Of a stretch of 64,000 bases of DNA, positions 37,990 through 47,140 are shown piece by piece (the stretch's first letter is position 1; the number at the start of each line of letters is the position of its first letter). The stretch comes from Candidatus Poribacteria bacterium (GTDB lineage Bacteria; Poribacteria; WGA-4E; GCA-2687025). The stretch is taken from contig VGLH01000002.1 in NCBI GenBank assembly GCA_016866785.1, positions 14,086 to 78,085 of the forward strand, read 5' to 3'. The translations under genes and the position numbers were made by a program. The notes below the pieces were generated by a model that was not told the origin of the DNA, ran no database searches, and saw nothing but the letters and a program-made list of their open reading frames with translations.

Positions 37990-38724
37990 ATGACTCGCCT
38001 GGCGTACGTGCTGTGCCGTATCGCTGCTTTGTGCTGCGGCTCACAGCGCCTGGGCGCTCTGTCGCGCGGCGAGCTCGAGTCGGTCATGGCGCTCTACGCG
38101 CACCAGCCTTGGCATGTCCGGGCGCATGTCGGCGCGCGCGCGGCAACGCTCTCGGACGTTCTGCGTCACATTGATGCCCTGCCCGACGATGCGAGCGTGC
38201 TTGACGTCGGATGCGGCTACGGGTTCGCGTCCCACTGGGCGGCGCGGGTTCCGACCAGGCAGGTCGTAGGCATAGACGCCTCGGCTGGACGTGTCGCCAT
38301 CGCAACCAGCGTCGCGTCGCGCGGCAATCCGTCGTTCCGGGTCGAGGTCGTCGAGAACGCCACGGGGGTGGCGACGTCGCTCGACGGCGTGCTGTGCGTC
38401 GATGTGCTCCTCTATCTGGCGCAGGTCGATCAGGAGCGGCTGCTTGCCGCGCTCCGCTGTCGGTCGACGGATCAATCCCGTCTCATCGTCAAAGATACGC
38501 TGGCGACGCCGAAATGGAAGCTGGCGTGGACGCGCGCCGAGGAGCGGATCAAGCTTCGCGCCGGTCTCTATGGCGGGTGCGCCAGAGGTACCAGCGTAAC
38601 GTACCGGACTGAGGACGATTGGCGCGACTGTCTGACACGCTGCGGCTGGCGCGTCGTCTCGTTGCACCGGCATGGACATGTGTCGCCGTACCCTGGGTTC
38701 ATCGCAGTGTGTCACGCAGGCTAG
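37990..38724 (+). CDS. class I SAM-dependent methyltransferase
   Basis: Motif I VLDVGCGYGFAS. ~245 aa. GAGGT 4 nt before the ATG. Confidence 0.7.
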   Translation: MTRLAYVLCRIAALCCGSQRLGALSRGELESVMALYAHQPWHVRAHVGARAATLSDVLRHIDALPDDASVLDVGCGYGFASHWAARVPTRQVVGIDASAGRVAIATSVASRGNPSFRVEVVENATGVATSLDGVLCVDVLLYLAQVDQERLLAALRCRSTDQSRLIVKDTLATPKWKLAWTRAEERIKLRAGLYGGCARGTSVTYRTEDDWRDCLTRCGWRVVSLHRHGHVSPYPGFIAVCHAG

Positions 38725-38891
38725 GGTTCGCGTCGGCGTGTGCCATGGTGACAACGCCATCGATGCGGGGCTGTGGTGAGAGTCGCGCCGCGTCGCGGGT
38801 CCTCGGTGGCATGGTAGTTGCGTGGAGTGCCGCGTGACGACTGTCTTCGTACGCGATGCGGCATGTCGTGTGCTGCGGATTGGCTTGGGCG

Positions 38892-39389
38892 ATGCAGAAC
38901 GCATCATTTGGCGCGGACTCAGCCTCGACACCGACGTTGCCTCCGACGGTCCTCATCGTCGATGACGATGAGGTCACGCTCGAGCTCCTGCGCCAGGTCG
39001 TCGAGAGGGACGGGTACCGCTGCCTGACCAGCGGAGACGGGCAATCCGCCCTCACGCTCTACCTGACGCACGACGTCAGCGTCGCGCTTGTCGACCTGGA
39101 GTTGCCCGATGTAAGCGGAATCGAGCTCTTGCGATTGTTCCGCGCCGAGCGGCAGTGGGTTCCCGTGATGCTAATGACTGGGAACCCGTCCCAGAAGGCG
39201 ATGATGGAAGCCGCAGAGGCTGGCGCATACACGTTCCTGACGAAGCCGCTCGACCTGCTGGGGCTTCGTCGTCTGCTCGCGAAGTCGAGGACAGCGACAC
39301 CCTCGTACCAATTGACGATGTCACGAGTCGAAGTAAAGCGTTCGTCGGTCTTCATCCGATGGAGCCGATGGATCGTCGGCAAGGACTGA
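38892..39389 (+). CDS. single-domain response regulator (CheY-like receiver)
   Basis: VLIVDDDEV, phospho-acceptor region ALVDLELPDVSG, T/K region (LMTGN...TFLTKP). Start could be 38856. Confidence 0.7.
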   Translation: MQNASFGADSASTPTLPPTVLIVDDDEVTLELLRQVVERDGYRCLTSGDGQSALTLYLTHDVSVALVDLELPDVSGIELLRLFRAERQWVPVMLMTGNPSQKAMMEAAEAGAYTFLTKPLDLLGLRRLLAKSRTATPSYQLTMSRVEVKRSSVFIRWSRWIVGKD

Positions 39390-39442
39390 GAAGCCGGCAC
39401 GTACCGGCAATGCGCACCTGACAGGAAGGGAATCCGTCACCG

Positions 39443-41350
39443 ATGGGCAAAGTCATAGGGATCGATCTGGGAACGACGAACTCGTGCGTGGCGATCATGG
39501 AGAACGGCAAGCCCGTTGTCGTCGCCAACTCGGAAGGTGCGCGCACAACGCCCTCGGTCGTGGCGTTCACCAAGGACGGTGAGCGGCTCGTGGGCCAGGC
39601 GGCGAAACGACAGGCAGTGACAAATCCCAAGAACACCGTGTTTTCGATCAAGCGATTCATGGGACGCAACTACAACGAGGTCACCAACGAACTCGCCCAG
39701 TTCCCGTACGAGGCGGTCCGCGCCGACAGCGGCGGGGTCAAAGTGCGCGCGGCCGGAAAGGAGTACACACCGCCCGAAGTCTCCGCGATGGTGCTCCAGA
39801 AGATGAAGCAGACCGCGGAGGACTACCTCGGCGAGCCGGTCACGCAGGCAGTCGTCACGGTGCCAGCCTACTTCAACGACGCGCAGCGACAGGCGACGAA
39901 GGATGCGGGCAGGATCGCCGGGCTCGACGTCCTGCGAATCATCAACGAGCCGACGGCGGCATCGCTCGCCTACGGCCTCGAGAAGAAGAAGGACGAACGC
40001 ATCGCCGTCTTCGACCTCGGCGGCGGGACGTTCGACATCTCGATCCTTGAGATCGGCGACGGCGTCTTCGAGGTGAAGTCGACCAACGGCGACACCCACC
40101 TGGGCGGCGATGATTTCGACCAGGTCATCATCAACTGGCTCGCCGACGAGTTCAAGCGCGACAACGGGATCGACCTGCGCAAGGACACGATGGCGCTTCA
40201 GCGACTCAAGGAAGCCGCTGAGAAGGCGAAGATCGAACTCTCCAGCTCGATGTCCACCGACATCAATCTGCCGTTCATCACAGCAGACGCCAGCGGACCC
40301 AAGCACCTGAACGTACCGCTGTCGCGCGCCAAGCTGGAACAACTCACCGAGGAACTGATCAACCGGACGCTCGAGCCGTGCCGCAAGGCGCTTGCCGACG
40401 CCAAGGTGACGGCAAACGGCATCGACGAGGTCGTCCTCGTCGGCGGCATGACGCGCATGCCCAAGATCCAGCAGGTGGTACGGGAGTTCTTCGGCAAGGA
40501 GGCGCACAAGGGCGTCAATCCCGACGAGGTCGTTGCGGTCGGAGCGGCTGTCCAGGGCGCGGTGCTCAGCGGTGACGAAGGCGTCAAGGACGTCCTGCTG
40601 CTCGACGTAACGCCGCTTTCGCTCGGGATCGAAACGCTTGGCGGCGTGATGACCAAACTCATCGAGCGCAACACGACGATTCCGACGCGGCGGAACCAAG
40701 TGTTCACGACCGCCGAGGATGGTCAGACGAGCGTCGATATCCACGTGCTTCAGGGCGAACGCGAGATGGCTGCCTACAACAAGACGATCGGCAGGTTCCG
40801 TCTCGACGGCATCCCACCGGCTCCTCGAGGCGTGCCGCAGGTCGATGTGACGTTCGATATCGACGCGAACGGCATCCTCAACGTCTCGGCAAAAGACACG
40901 GCGACCGGCAAGGAGCAGAAGATCACGATCACGGCTTCGTCCGGGCTCAGCGAGCAAGAGATCAATCAGATGGTCAAGGACGCCGAGTCCCACGCCGACG
41001 AAGATCGCGCCAAGCGCGAGGAAGTGGATACGCGCAATCGTGGCGAGCAGCTTGCCTATCAGACCGAGAAGCAGCTCAAGGAGTTCGAAGGCAAGCTGTC
41101 GGATGACGTGAAGGGAACCGTCGAGACGACTCTCAAGACCCTCAAGGAGACGCTCGAAGGTGGCTCGACGGCAGCCATCAAGTCGGCGACCGAGGAGCTC
41201 CAGCAGGCGTGGTATCAGGCATCGGCGACGCTCTATCAGCAGGCGGGGGCTCCGGGCGATGGCGGAGCCGAGCAGGCTGCTGGCGGCAACGGAGCCGACG
41301 ACGACGTGATCGACGCGGACTACGAAGTCGTCGACGACGACAAGAAGTAG
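39443..41350 (+). CDS. dnaK: molecular chaperone DnaK (Hsp70)
   Basis: [35 protein letters not shown] and the rest of the canonical Hsp70 signature. 635 aa. Confidence 0.97.
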   Translation: MGKVIGIDLGTTNSCVAIMENGKPVVVANSEGARTTPSVVAFTKDGERLVGQAAKRQAVTNPKNTVFSIKRFMGRNYNEVTNELAQFPYEAVRADSGGVKVRAAGKEYTPPEVSAMVLQKMKQTAEDYLGEPVTQAVVTVPAYFNDAQRQATKDAGRIAGLDVLRIINEPTAASLAYGLEKKKDERIAVFDLGGGTFDISILEIGDGVFEVKSTNGDTHLGGDDFDQVIINWLADEFKRDNGIDLRKDTMALQRLKEAAEKAKIELSSSMSTDINLPFITADASGPKHLNVPLSRAKLEQLTEELINRTLEPCRKALADAKVTANGIDEVVLVGGMTRMPKIQQVVREFFGKEAHKGVNPDEVVAVGAAVQGAVLSGDEGVKDVLLLDVTPLSLGIETLGGVMTKLIERNTTIPTRRNQVFTTAEDGQTSVDIHVLQGEREMAAYNKTIGRFRLDGIPPAPRGVPQVDVTFDIDANGILNVSAKDTATGKEQKITITASSGLSEQEINQMVKDAESHADEDRAKREEVDTRNRGEQLAYQTEKQLKEFEGKLSDDVKGTVETTLKTLKETLEGGSTAAIKSATEELQQAWYQASATLYQQAGAPGDGGAEQAAGGNGADDDVIDADYEVVDDDKK

Positions 41351-41400
41351 ACCCGATCAAGGGAACGCGAACGAGGAGGGCTGGCGTCAGCGCCAGCCCT

Positions 41401-42101
41401 TCATCGCTTGAGGCGCCGCCGCCGAACGACCGCCACGATGACCAGGTACGCGACTGCAGCCATACCGGCGACCGTAGAGCCTCCGAGGAGACCGTGCCCG
41501 AACCGCGGATCAGCCGAAGCGCCTTGCGCGACCAGACGCGACGCGTACCCGAAGTACGTGTAGGCGGGACGCCGGGTACCATGGCAACCGCTGAAGCCGC
41601 AGCATAGGGCAGGAACCGTATCGGCGTCAGTCCAAAGGCGTAGTTCAGCAAGCCGAATGGAAAGAGCGGCACCAGGCGCACGACCACCACGTACTTCCAG
41701 CCGTCCTGCTCTATGCCCGACCATACGACGCGCGCGCGCGATCCCAGCGCTCGATCGAACCAGTCGCCAGCGGCATGTCGCGCGATCAGGAAGCTCACGC
41801 TGGACGCCACCATGGCGCTCGCCAGTGTCAGCGACGCACCGACCGTCACGCCGAACACGTAGCCACCGGCGAGCGTCAGCGGGATACCGGGCAGCGCCAT
41901 CGCCGCGATGAATACGTACGCAGCGCAATACGCGAGGAGCGCCCAGCTTCCCATCTTGGAGAGTCGCGCAGCCAGCGCGTCGGAACCGACCTCATGGCGT
42001 AGGAGCCAGAAGCCTCCGATGGCGACCGCCAGCCAGGCGACGACGGCCAGGGCGCGTCGCAGCGCCACACCGCGTGACGCCTGTCTCTGGCGACCTCTCA
42101 T
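41401..42101 (-). pseudogene. TVP38/TMEM64 (DedA-like) family membrane protein, apparent -1 frameshift near 41557-41570
   Basis: N-terminal ~180 aa in one frame (MRGRQRQ...RLVPLFPFGLLNYAFGLTPIRF...AMVPG). The conserved C-terminal TM segment (AYTYFGYASRLVAQGA...MAAVAYLVIVAVVRRRRLKR*) continues in another frame ending at 41401. Read-through in the first frame gives an R/P-rich junk tail that overlaps dnaK. Confidence 0.5.
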
Positions 42102-42868
42102 GAGCTCGTGGGTTTCCGCGCGGTGATGTTGATGCGGTCGGAGTTGCCGTGGTAGCGCGAGAACGTCCAGGCGTCGAACGCGCTCAGGTAGTCGAACCCG
42201 CGCTCGACCAATATGCCCTTGATCTCCGGGACTTCGAAGATCCTCTGGATGTGCGTCTCGACGTGTCGCTCGAACAATCCATCCGGGCGCGCGATGAAGA
42301 ACGTGAGCTCGGTGCAGCAGGTGGCGTCGTGGCGAGAGTAGACGTTCTTCCAGACGTAGGAGTATCTCGGCTCGTTCTCGGCGAACGTGTTCATGTGGAA
42401 GTGCTCGACGATGTTCCGCTCCGTGGTCACATCGAACGCGAACAAACCGCCTGGCTTGAGAACACGCCACACGCAATCGACCACTTGGCGGAGCTCGCGC
42501 GCGTCGCGCGCGTAGTTGATGCTGTCGTAAAGGCACAGGACGGCATCGAAGGGCTCCCCGAACGAGAAGTCACGCATGTCGCCCTGCACCCACTCGACCG
42601 TGACGCCGCGCTGGCGTGCCTTGTCCGCGCCGACATTCATCATCTCCTGAGCGCGGTCGAGCCCCACGACCTCGAATCCACGCTCAGCCAGCGGCACGGC
42701 GACCGAGCCCGTCCCGCACGCCAGGTCCAGCAGCCGTCTGGGCTTGACTTCGTAGTGCCGGAAGAGATCGATCACGTAGTCCACCCACCGACGGTAGTTG
42801 ACGTTGGACATTATCTCGTCGTAGGCGTACGCGAACCGGCTGTATGGCACGACGTCCGACACGCGCAT
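42098..42868 (-). CDS. class I SAM-dependent methyltransferase
   Basis: Motif I LLDLACGTGSVAVPLAERG and motif II region DAVLCLYDSINY. Stop overlaps the downstream TVP38 start (ATGA). Start uncertain (42868 or 42976). Confidence 0.7.
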   Translation of the reverse strand: MRVSDVVPYSRFAYAYDEIMSNVNYRRWVDYVIDLFRHYEVKPRRLLDLACGTGSVAVPLAERGFEVVGLDRAQEMMNVGADKARQRGVTVEWVQGDMRDFSFGEPFDAVLCLYDSINYARDARELRQVVDCVWRVLKPGGLFAFDVTTERNIVEHFHMNTFAENEPRYSYVWKNVYSRHDATCCTELTFFIARPDGLFERHVETHIQRIFEVPEIKGILVERGFDYLSAFDAWTFSRYHGNSDRINITARKPTSS

Positions 42869-42890
42869 CTCCGAAGGGATGGGCAGATCG

Positions 42891-43823
42891 TCAGGAACCC
42901 AAGGGAATGTCACGCAGCACCAGCCACGCCAACGATCCGCAGGCTTGGACGATGCTCGCCACAATCCCCGGCACAAGCGAGCGAGAGCGCACGAACAGGT
43001 ATCCGTTCGCCGCTCCCAGCGCTACGAGAGGCACAAACGACAGAGCCGATCCGGACGCCACCGCAAACGCCACGGCGGCTCCCCACACCGATAGATGGAC
43101 TGTGCGTTTCTGACGCAGCATCCGAAGCAGCATGCCTCGGAAGAAGATCTCGCTCCCGAGGGGTCCCAGCGCGAGCACCGTCGGGAGAATCAGCACCCAC
43201 AGCGGGTCAGATGTCTGCGTCGGAAACAGTTGAAGCACCTGTTGACGCTCCTCGCGCAGCACCGGCACGAGCGACGCCGCCAGCTCGAACAACTCCCCAA
43301 ACGCGAATACCGCCGCGCCGGCTCCGACCCCCATCACGAGTGCGCCGCGCAGATCGTCTGTGTGGAGCCCGATGTCCTCGAGCGACCAGCGGAACCTTCC
43401 GTTCAACATCCAGATGCACAGGACGGCGAAGAGCGCCGACTTCAACAGCTCGAGCGACCAGAGGATGTCCGGGGCAAGGAGCGCTTGCAGCGTGCGCGGC
43501 TCGGACGTATCGGTCGGGAGCTTGCCCATGGCCGTCAAGACGACCATCCCGACCATGAAGCTGATGACCCACGACACGAAGAAGATGGCGACGAGGTCGC
43601 GCGCGCGCCAATCGGCACGTGTTCGCCGAGGCATCTCCTCGCGAGCGATCATCAACTCGCAGTGGCTGCACTGACGAGTGTCCACGGGGTTGTGCCCGTC
43701 GCATCGCGGACACCGCCAGTAATACGGTGGCGGAACCCGCCAGACAAAGAACGGGAGACCCAGCACGCCGGCAGTCACGACGAAGAGCAAGCCCTGAAAG
43801 ATGCTTTGGGCGATCGCGTCCAT
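42891..43823 (-). CDS. CPBP family intramembrane metalloprotease (CAAX protease/Abi-like) with N-terminal zinc ribbon
   Basis: N-terminal CPRCDGHN...CSHC. Multiple TM helices. EIFFRGML (EExxFRG-type) and ANGYLF motifs. Confidence 0.7.
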   Translation of the reverse strand: MDAIAQSIFQGLLFVVTAGVLGLPFFVWRVPPPYYWRCPRCDGHNPVDTRQCSHCELMIAREEMPRRTRADWRARDLVAIFFVSWVISFMVGMVVLTAMGKLPTDTSEPRTLQALLAPDILWSLELLKSALFAVLCIWMLNGRFRWSLEDIGLHTDDLRGALVMGVGAGAAVFAFGELFELAASLVPVLREERQQVLQLFPTQTSDPLWVLILPTVLALGPLGSEIFFRGMLLRMLRQKRTVHLSVWGAAVAFAVASGSALSFVPLVALGAANGYLFVRSRSLVPGIVASIVQACGSLAWLVLRDIPLGS

Positions 43824-43916
43824 GCACCTTGCCTAGCATGCGCGCGAGACGATGGCAGACCGGACCAGCCGCGCCATGCTATCACCGCGCATGTAGACGA
43901 GTCAAAGGCTCCGAAC

Positions 43917-44834
43917 CTACGACAGACGCGCCTGGATGCCGGTCTGCTCCGCGAGACGGAGGAGGCTCGCCAGGCGCTCTGGAGACTGGGTTCCGCCGGA
44001 CACGGTGTAGGGCATTCCGAGCCATTCGTACTTGGCTCCGGCTGAGGCGTTGTAGGGCAGGAAGGAGATGGCAGTCAGACCTGTATCTCGCATGAAGTCC
44101 AGGATTCCGACTACGTTCTCGTCAGTGTCCGTCACCGATGGAATCAGCGGAACGCGAATCTCGACGTTTCGTCCCGCGAGGCGGCGCGCGTTCTCGAGGA
44201 TTCGCCGGTTCGATGCGCCGGTCCATGACCGGTGCGCCTCGTCATCGATGAGCTTGAGGTCGTAGAGCACGAGGTCGGTGTGTTCGAGCACTCGCGCCAA
44301 CGGCTCCCAGGCGGACATGCCGCATGTCTCGATGGCGGTATGGATGCCGCGCTCTCGGCAGCCTTGGGCGATCGCCGCAGCGAACGCGTGCTGCAGCGTG
44401 ACCTCGCCGCCGGTCAGTGTGATGCCGCCGCCGGAATGATGGAAGAAAGCCTTCATCCGCGACGCCTGATCGATGACCGCGCCCGCTGTGGTCTCGTACC
44501 CCTTGATGGCGACCGCCTGGTTCTGGCACACGGAGACGCACCGCCCGCAGGCGTCGCAACTCTCCCAGTGGACGTGGTGCTGCTCGTCTGCGACCTCGTG
44601 AACGTCGTTGGGGCAGACTTCGGCGCATGCCCCGCAGAACGCGCAACGGCTCCCGGCGAACACGAGCTCGGGGTCGGCGTCCTGCGACTCCGGGCTGTGG
44701 CACCATGCACACGTCAGCGGACAGCCTTTGAGATAGACCGCCATGCGCACGCCGGGACCGTCGTGCACGGCGAACGTATCGACGTCGAACACGACGCCAC
44801 GGACTTCGCCCGAGGTTCCAGACGGATCGGTCAT
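43917..44834 (-). CDS. glycyl-radical enzyme activating protein (radical SAM, PFL2-type with two extra 4Fe-4S motifs)
   Basis: CPLTCAWC (CxxxCxxC) radical-SAM motif. CAFCGACAEVCP and CDACGRCVSVC ferredoxin motifs. Start overlaps the GRE stop (ATGA at 44831-44834). Confidence 0.85.
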   Translation of the reverse strand: MTDPSGTSGEVRGVVFDVDTFAVHDGPGVRMAVYLKGCPLTCAWCHSPESQDADPELVFAGSRCAFCGACAEVCPNDVHEVADEQHHVHWESCDACGRCVSVCQNQAVAIKGYETTAGAVIDQASRMKAFFHHSGGGITLTGGEVTLQHAFAAAIAQGCRERGIHTAIETCGMSAWEPLARVLEHTDLVLYDLKLIDDEAHRSWTGASNRRILENARRLAGRNVEIRVPLIPSVTDTDENVVGILDFMRDTGLTAISFLPYNASAGAKYEWLGMPYTVSGGTQSPERLASLLRLAEQTGIQARLS

Positions 44835-47140
44835 GACCGACCCTCCTGGCGGCGGATGTGGTGATCCTGTTGCTCGCGGCTGAGCATCGTGAAGTAGGCG
44901 CACCATCCTCCCATGCGAACGCGAAGGGAGCGGTACCGGTCCGGGTCGCGTTGAGCCGCGCGGAGCTCCTCCGTGTCGGCGACGGTGAGCGTCATCATCG
45001 CGCCGCCTGCATCGACGAACCCGCGCACCAGCCCGGACATGCGCGTCGTGCCCTCCTCTCCAGCCACCAGATGCCGCGCCACTCGCAGGTCGATGGGACC
45101 GCCGGCAGGCAGGTTCTCGTGGTGCATCTTGGAGTAGGACAGGATCGCGGCGGTCAAGCCGGCAGCATCGCGTCCGAGCGCCGGTGAGAAGTTGCTCGCG
45201 ACGGGTTCCCCGGATCGACGACCATCGGGCGACGCGCCCAGTCCTTCGCCGATCCCGATGTACCACGAGAACGTGCCGACGCCGCATGGAAAGCGGATCA
45301 GCGAGGCGTGAGACACCGCGTGCCGCGCCACGGCATTGGTGAAGGCGTCGATGACCTGTCGTCCCATCGCGTCGGCGACCGGGTCATCGTTCCCGTACTT
45401 CGGCGCGGCAATGAGCTTGGCGCGCAGCGGTCCCCAGCCCTCGAAGTCCACGTCTAAAGCGTCGCACAGCTCAGTCATCGACGCCTCGCGCCGCTCGAAG
45501 ACGGTCTGTCGGATCGCCGTCAGGGAATCGATGGCGTGCGACGCGCTCTCGGCGAGCATACCGAACGTGCGATAGCGGGCTCCGCCCGCCGTGAGATCGC
45601 GGCGGCTTTCGACGGCTCCTTCGATCAGGGCGCTCAGCAGTGGCACGGGCGCGATGGTCGATCGGTTATCGACGGTCGAAGCCACGCGCTGGACGACGTA
45701 GCCGACCATCGCGTCGATCTGCTCCTCGAACGCTTGCCACACGTCGTCGAAGGACGAGAAACGACGCGGATCGCCTGGATCGGGTCCGTGCGTGCCCGGA
45801 GGCGGGTCGCCCTCGCCTCGTCGATGGTTCCCTCGGTTCAGCGCCCTCTCGAGGCATAGCATCAGGCTCAGACGCTGGAACCGGAAGTCGGTCCGCCCGG
45901 GGATGATCACTTCCCAGCAGCCGTCGTTCGTGTAGTCGCGCGCGTCGGGCTGGTCGATCCCGATGCGCATGAGAGCCGGAACTAGCGCTTCGTCGTTGAA
46001 GAACGCCGGCATTCCGCCACCGTCCTTCAGCACTTCGCACGACGCGCGGATGAGTTCCTCCGGCGACCGCCGGTGGACGCGCACCGTAAGCAGCGGATTC
46101 GTCATCCGGTTCCGTCGGTAGCTCTCCAGCAGCAAGAACGTGAGTGGATTCGTGCCGTCGTCGCCGTTCGGCGTCACGCCGCCGACGATGATGTTCTGCA
46201 GCCAGTGGTTTGTGGCATCGACGCTGTCGCGACGGGTTCCGCGCTGGGAGGATGTGTCGTGCCGCGTCTTGCTGCTTGGGCCCTTGGGCTCATCCTCGCG
46301 CGCCTCAGGGCGTTGATCGTCGGTCGTCTTGGCTCGCTCGTTGAACTTCAGCGTGAAGCAGTCGACGAGCTCCGCGCCAAAGCCGAGGTCGATGGTTCCC
46401 TGCGTGAGATCTGTCTCGAGGTAGGGAGCGGCGTACTGGTCGAGACGCCCGACGGCGTTCCCGTTCATGGTCGAGTGGAAGATCATGTGGAGCAGCCACA
46501 CGCTCTGCAGCGCCTGCCAGAACGTCTGGGCTGGTTCGCTGGGAACCTGCCGCAGATTCGCCGCCATGGTGCGAAGCTCGACGCGGCGCTCCAGCGTCAG
46601 GTCAGCGCGTTCGGCTTCGGAGTCACAGCGCTGCGACAGCCGATCGGCGAAATCGCAGACAGCGTCGCACGCGATTTCCACCGACCGAAGAAAGGCGAGT
46701 TCGTCTTGGGTCCGTGCCGACGTCGCTTGGCGCCGGGCGTCTTCGGCGATGGCGCGGAGCCCCCTGCCGAGCAGGCGAGGGTAGTCCGGGACGATGTGAC
46801 CAAAGACCGAATGGATGCTCAGTCCCCGGCTGGATGCCGCAGCCTTCTCCTCGGGAGTCACGTAGTCTGGGAACCCGCGTTCGGCGTGGATGCGTGGGTT
46901 CTCGAGCGTCATCGATCCGGCGATGAGCTGATCGTCCCACAGATCGGTCGGCATCGCCTCCAGCTTGGCGCAAATCGCGAGCGCCTTTCGGACCGCCAAT
47001 GGCTCCGACATGTGCGCCTCGTCGATGCGAGGTGGGCAGCGGAACTCGGCGGGAGGCTGCTCCATGGCGTCGCGGACGCGGCGACGCAGCGACTCCACGC
47101 GAGGCGTGCTGGGCAGCTTGCGGATCACATCGGCGTTCAT
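44831..47140 (-). CDS. glycyl radical enzyme, PFL2/glycerol-dehydratase-like family, substrate unknown
   Basis: Start at ATG 47140 with GAGGAGAG upstream. Cys loop NDGCWEV. C-terminal Gly loop RVRMGGWCAYF aligned to canonical RVAGYSAFF. ~770 aa. Confidence 0.8.
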   Translation of the reverse strand: MNADVIRKLPSTPRVESLRRRVRDAMEQPPAEFRCPPRIDEAHMSEPLAVRKALAICAKLEAMPTDLWDDQLIAGSMTLENPRIHAERGFPDYVTPEEKAAASSRGLSIHSVFGHIVPDYPRLLGRGLRAIAEDARRQATSARTQDELAFLRSVEIACDAVCDFADRLSQRCDSEAERADLTLERRVELRTMAANLRQVPSEPAQTFWQALQSVWLLHMIFHSTMNGNAVGRLDQYAAPYLETDLTQGTIDLGFGAELVDCFTLKFNERAKTTDDQRPEAREDEPKGPSSKTRHDTSSQRGTRRDSVDATNHWLQNIIVGGVTPNGDDGTNPLTFLLLESYRRNRMTNPLLTVRVHRRSPEELIRASCEVLKDGGGMPAFFNDEALVPALMRIGIDQPDARDYTNDGCWEVIIPGRTDFRFQRLSLMLCLERALNRGNHRRGEGDPPPGTHGPDPGDPRRFSSFDDVWQAFEEQIDAMVGYVVQRVASTVDNRSTIAPVPLLSALIEGAVESRRDLTAGGARYRTFGMLAESASHAIDSLTAIRQTVFERREASMTELCDALDVDFEGWGPLRAKLIAAPKYGNDDPVADAMGRQVIDAFTNAVARHAVSHASLIRFPCGVGTFSWYIGIGEGLGASPDGRRSGEPVASNFSPALGRDAAGLTAAILSYSKMHHENLPAGGPIDLRVARHLVAGEEGTTRMSGLVRGFVDAGGAMMTLTVADTEELRAAQRDPDRYRSLRVRMGGWCAYFTMLSREQQDHHIRRQEGRS

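Noticed and set aside
38725-39442. Search for a CIRCE heat-shock operator upstream of dnaK
   Set aside because: No TTAGCACTC-N9-GAGTGCTAA-like inverted repeat is visible, only an unrelated partial palindrome around a CCATGG core at ~38745-38770.
39437-40993. 518-aa minus-strand ORF fully inside dnaK
   Set aside because: It is antisense to an unambiguous Hsp70 gene. It has an R/D/L-rich low-complexity translation and no motifs, the usual long antisense ORF of a GC-rich genome.
41178-41400. Read-through C-terminal tail of the TVP38 ORF overlapping dnaK 3' end
   Set aside because: The tail is R/P-rich junk, the 172-nt convergent overlap is implausible, and a second frame supplies the conserved C-terminus ending at 41401. 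It is interpreted as a frameshift instead.
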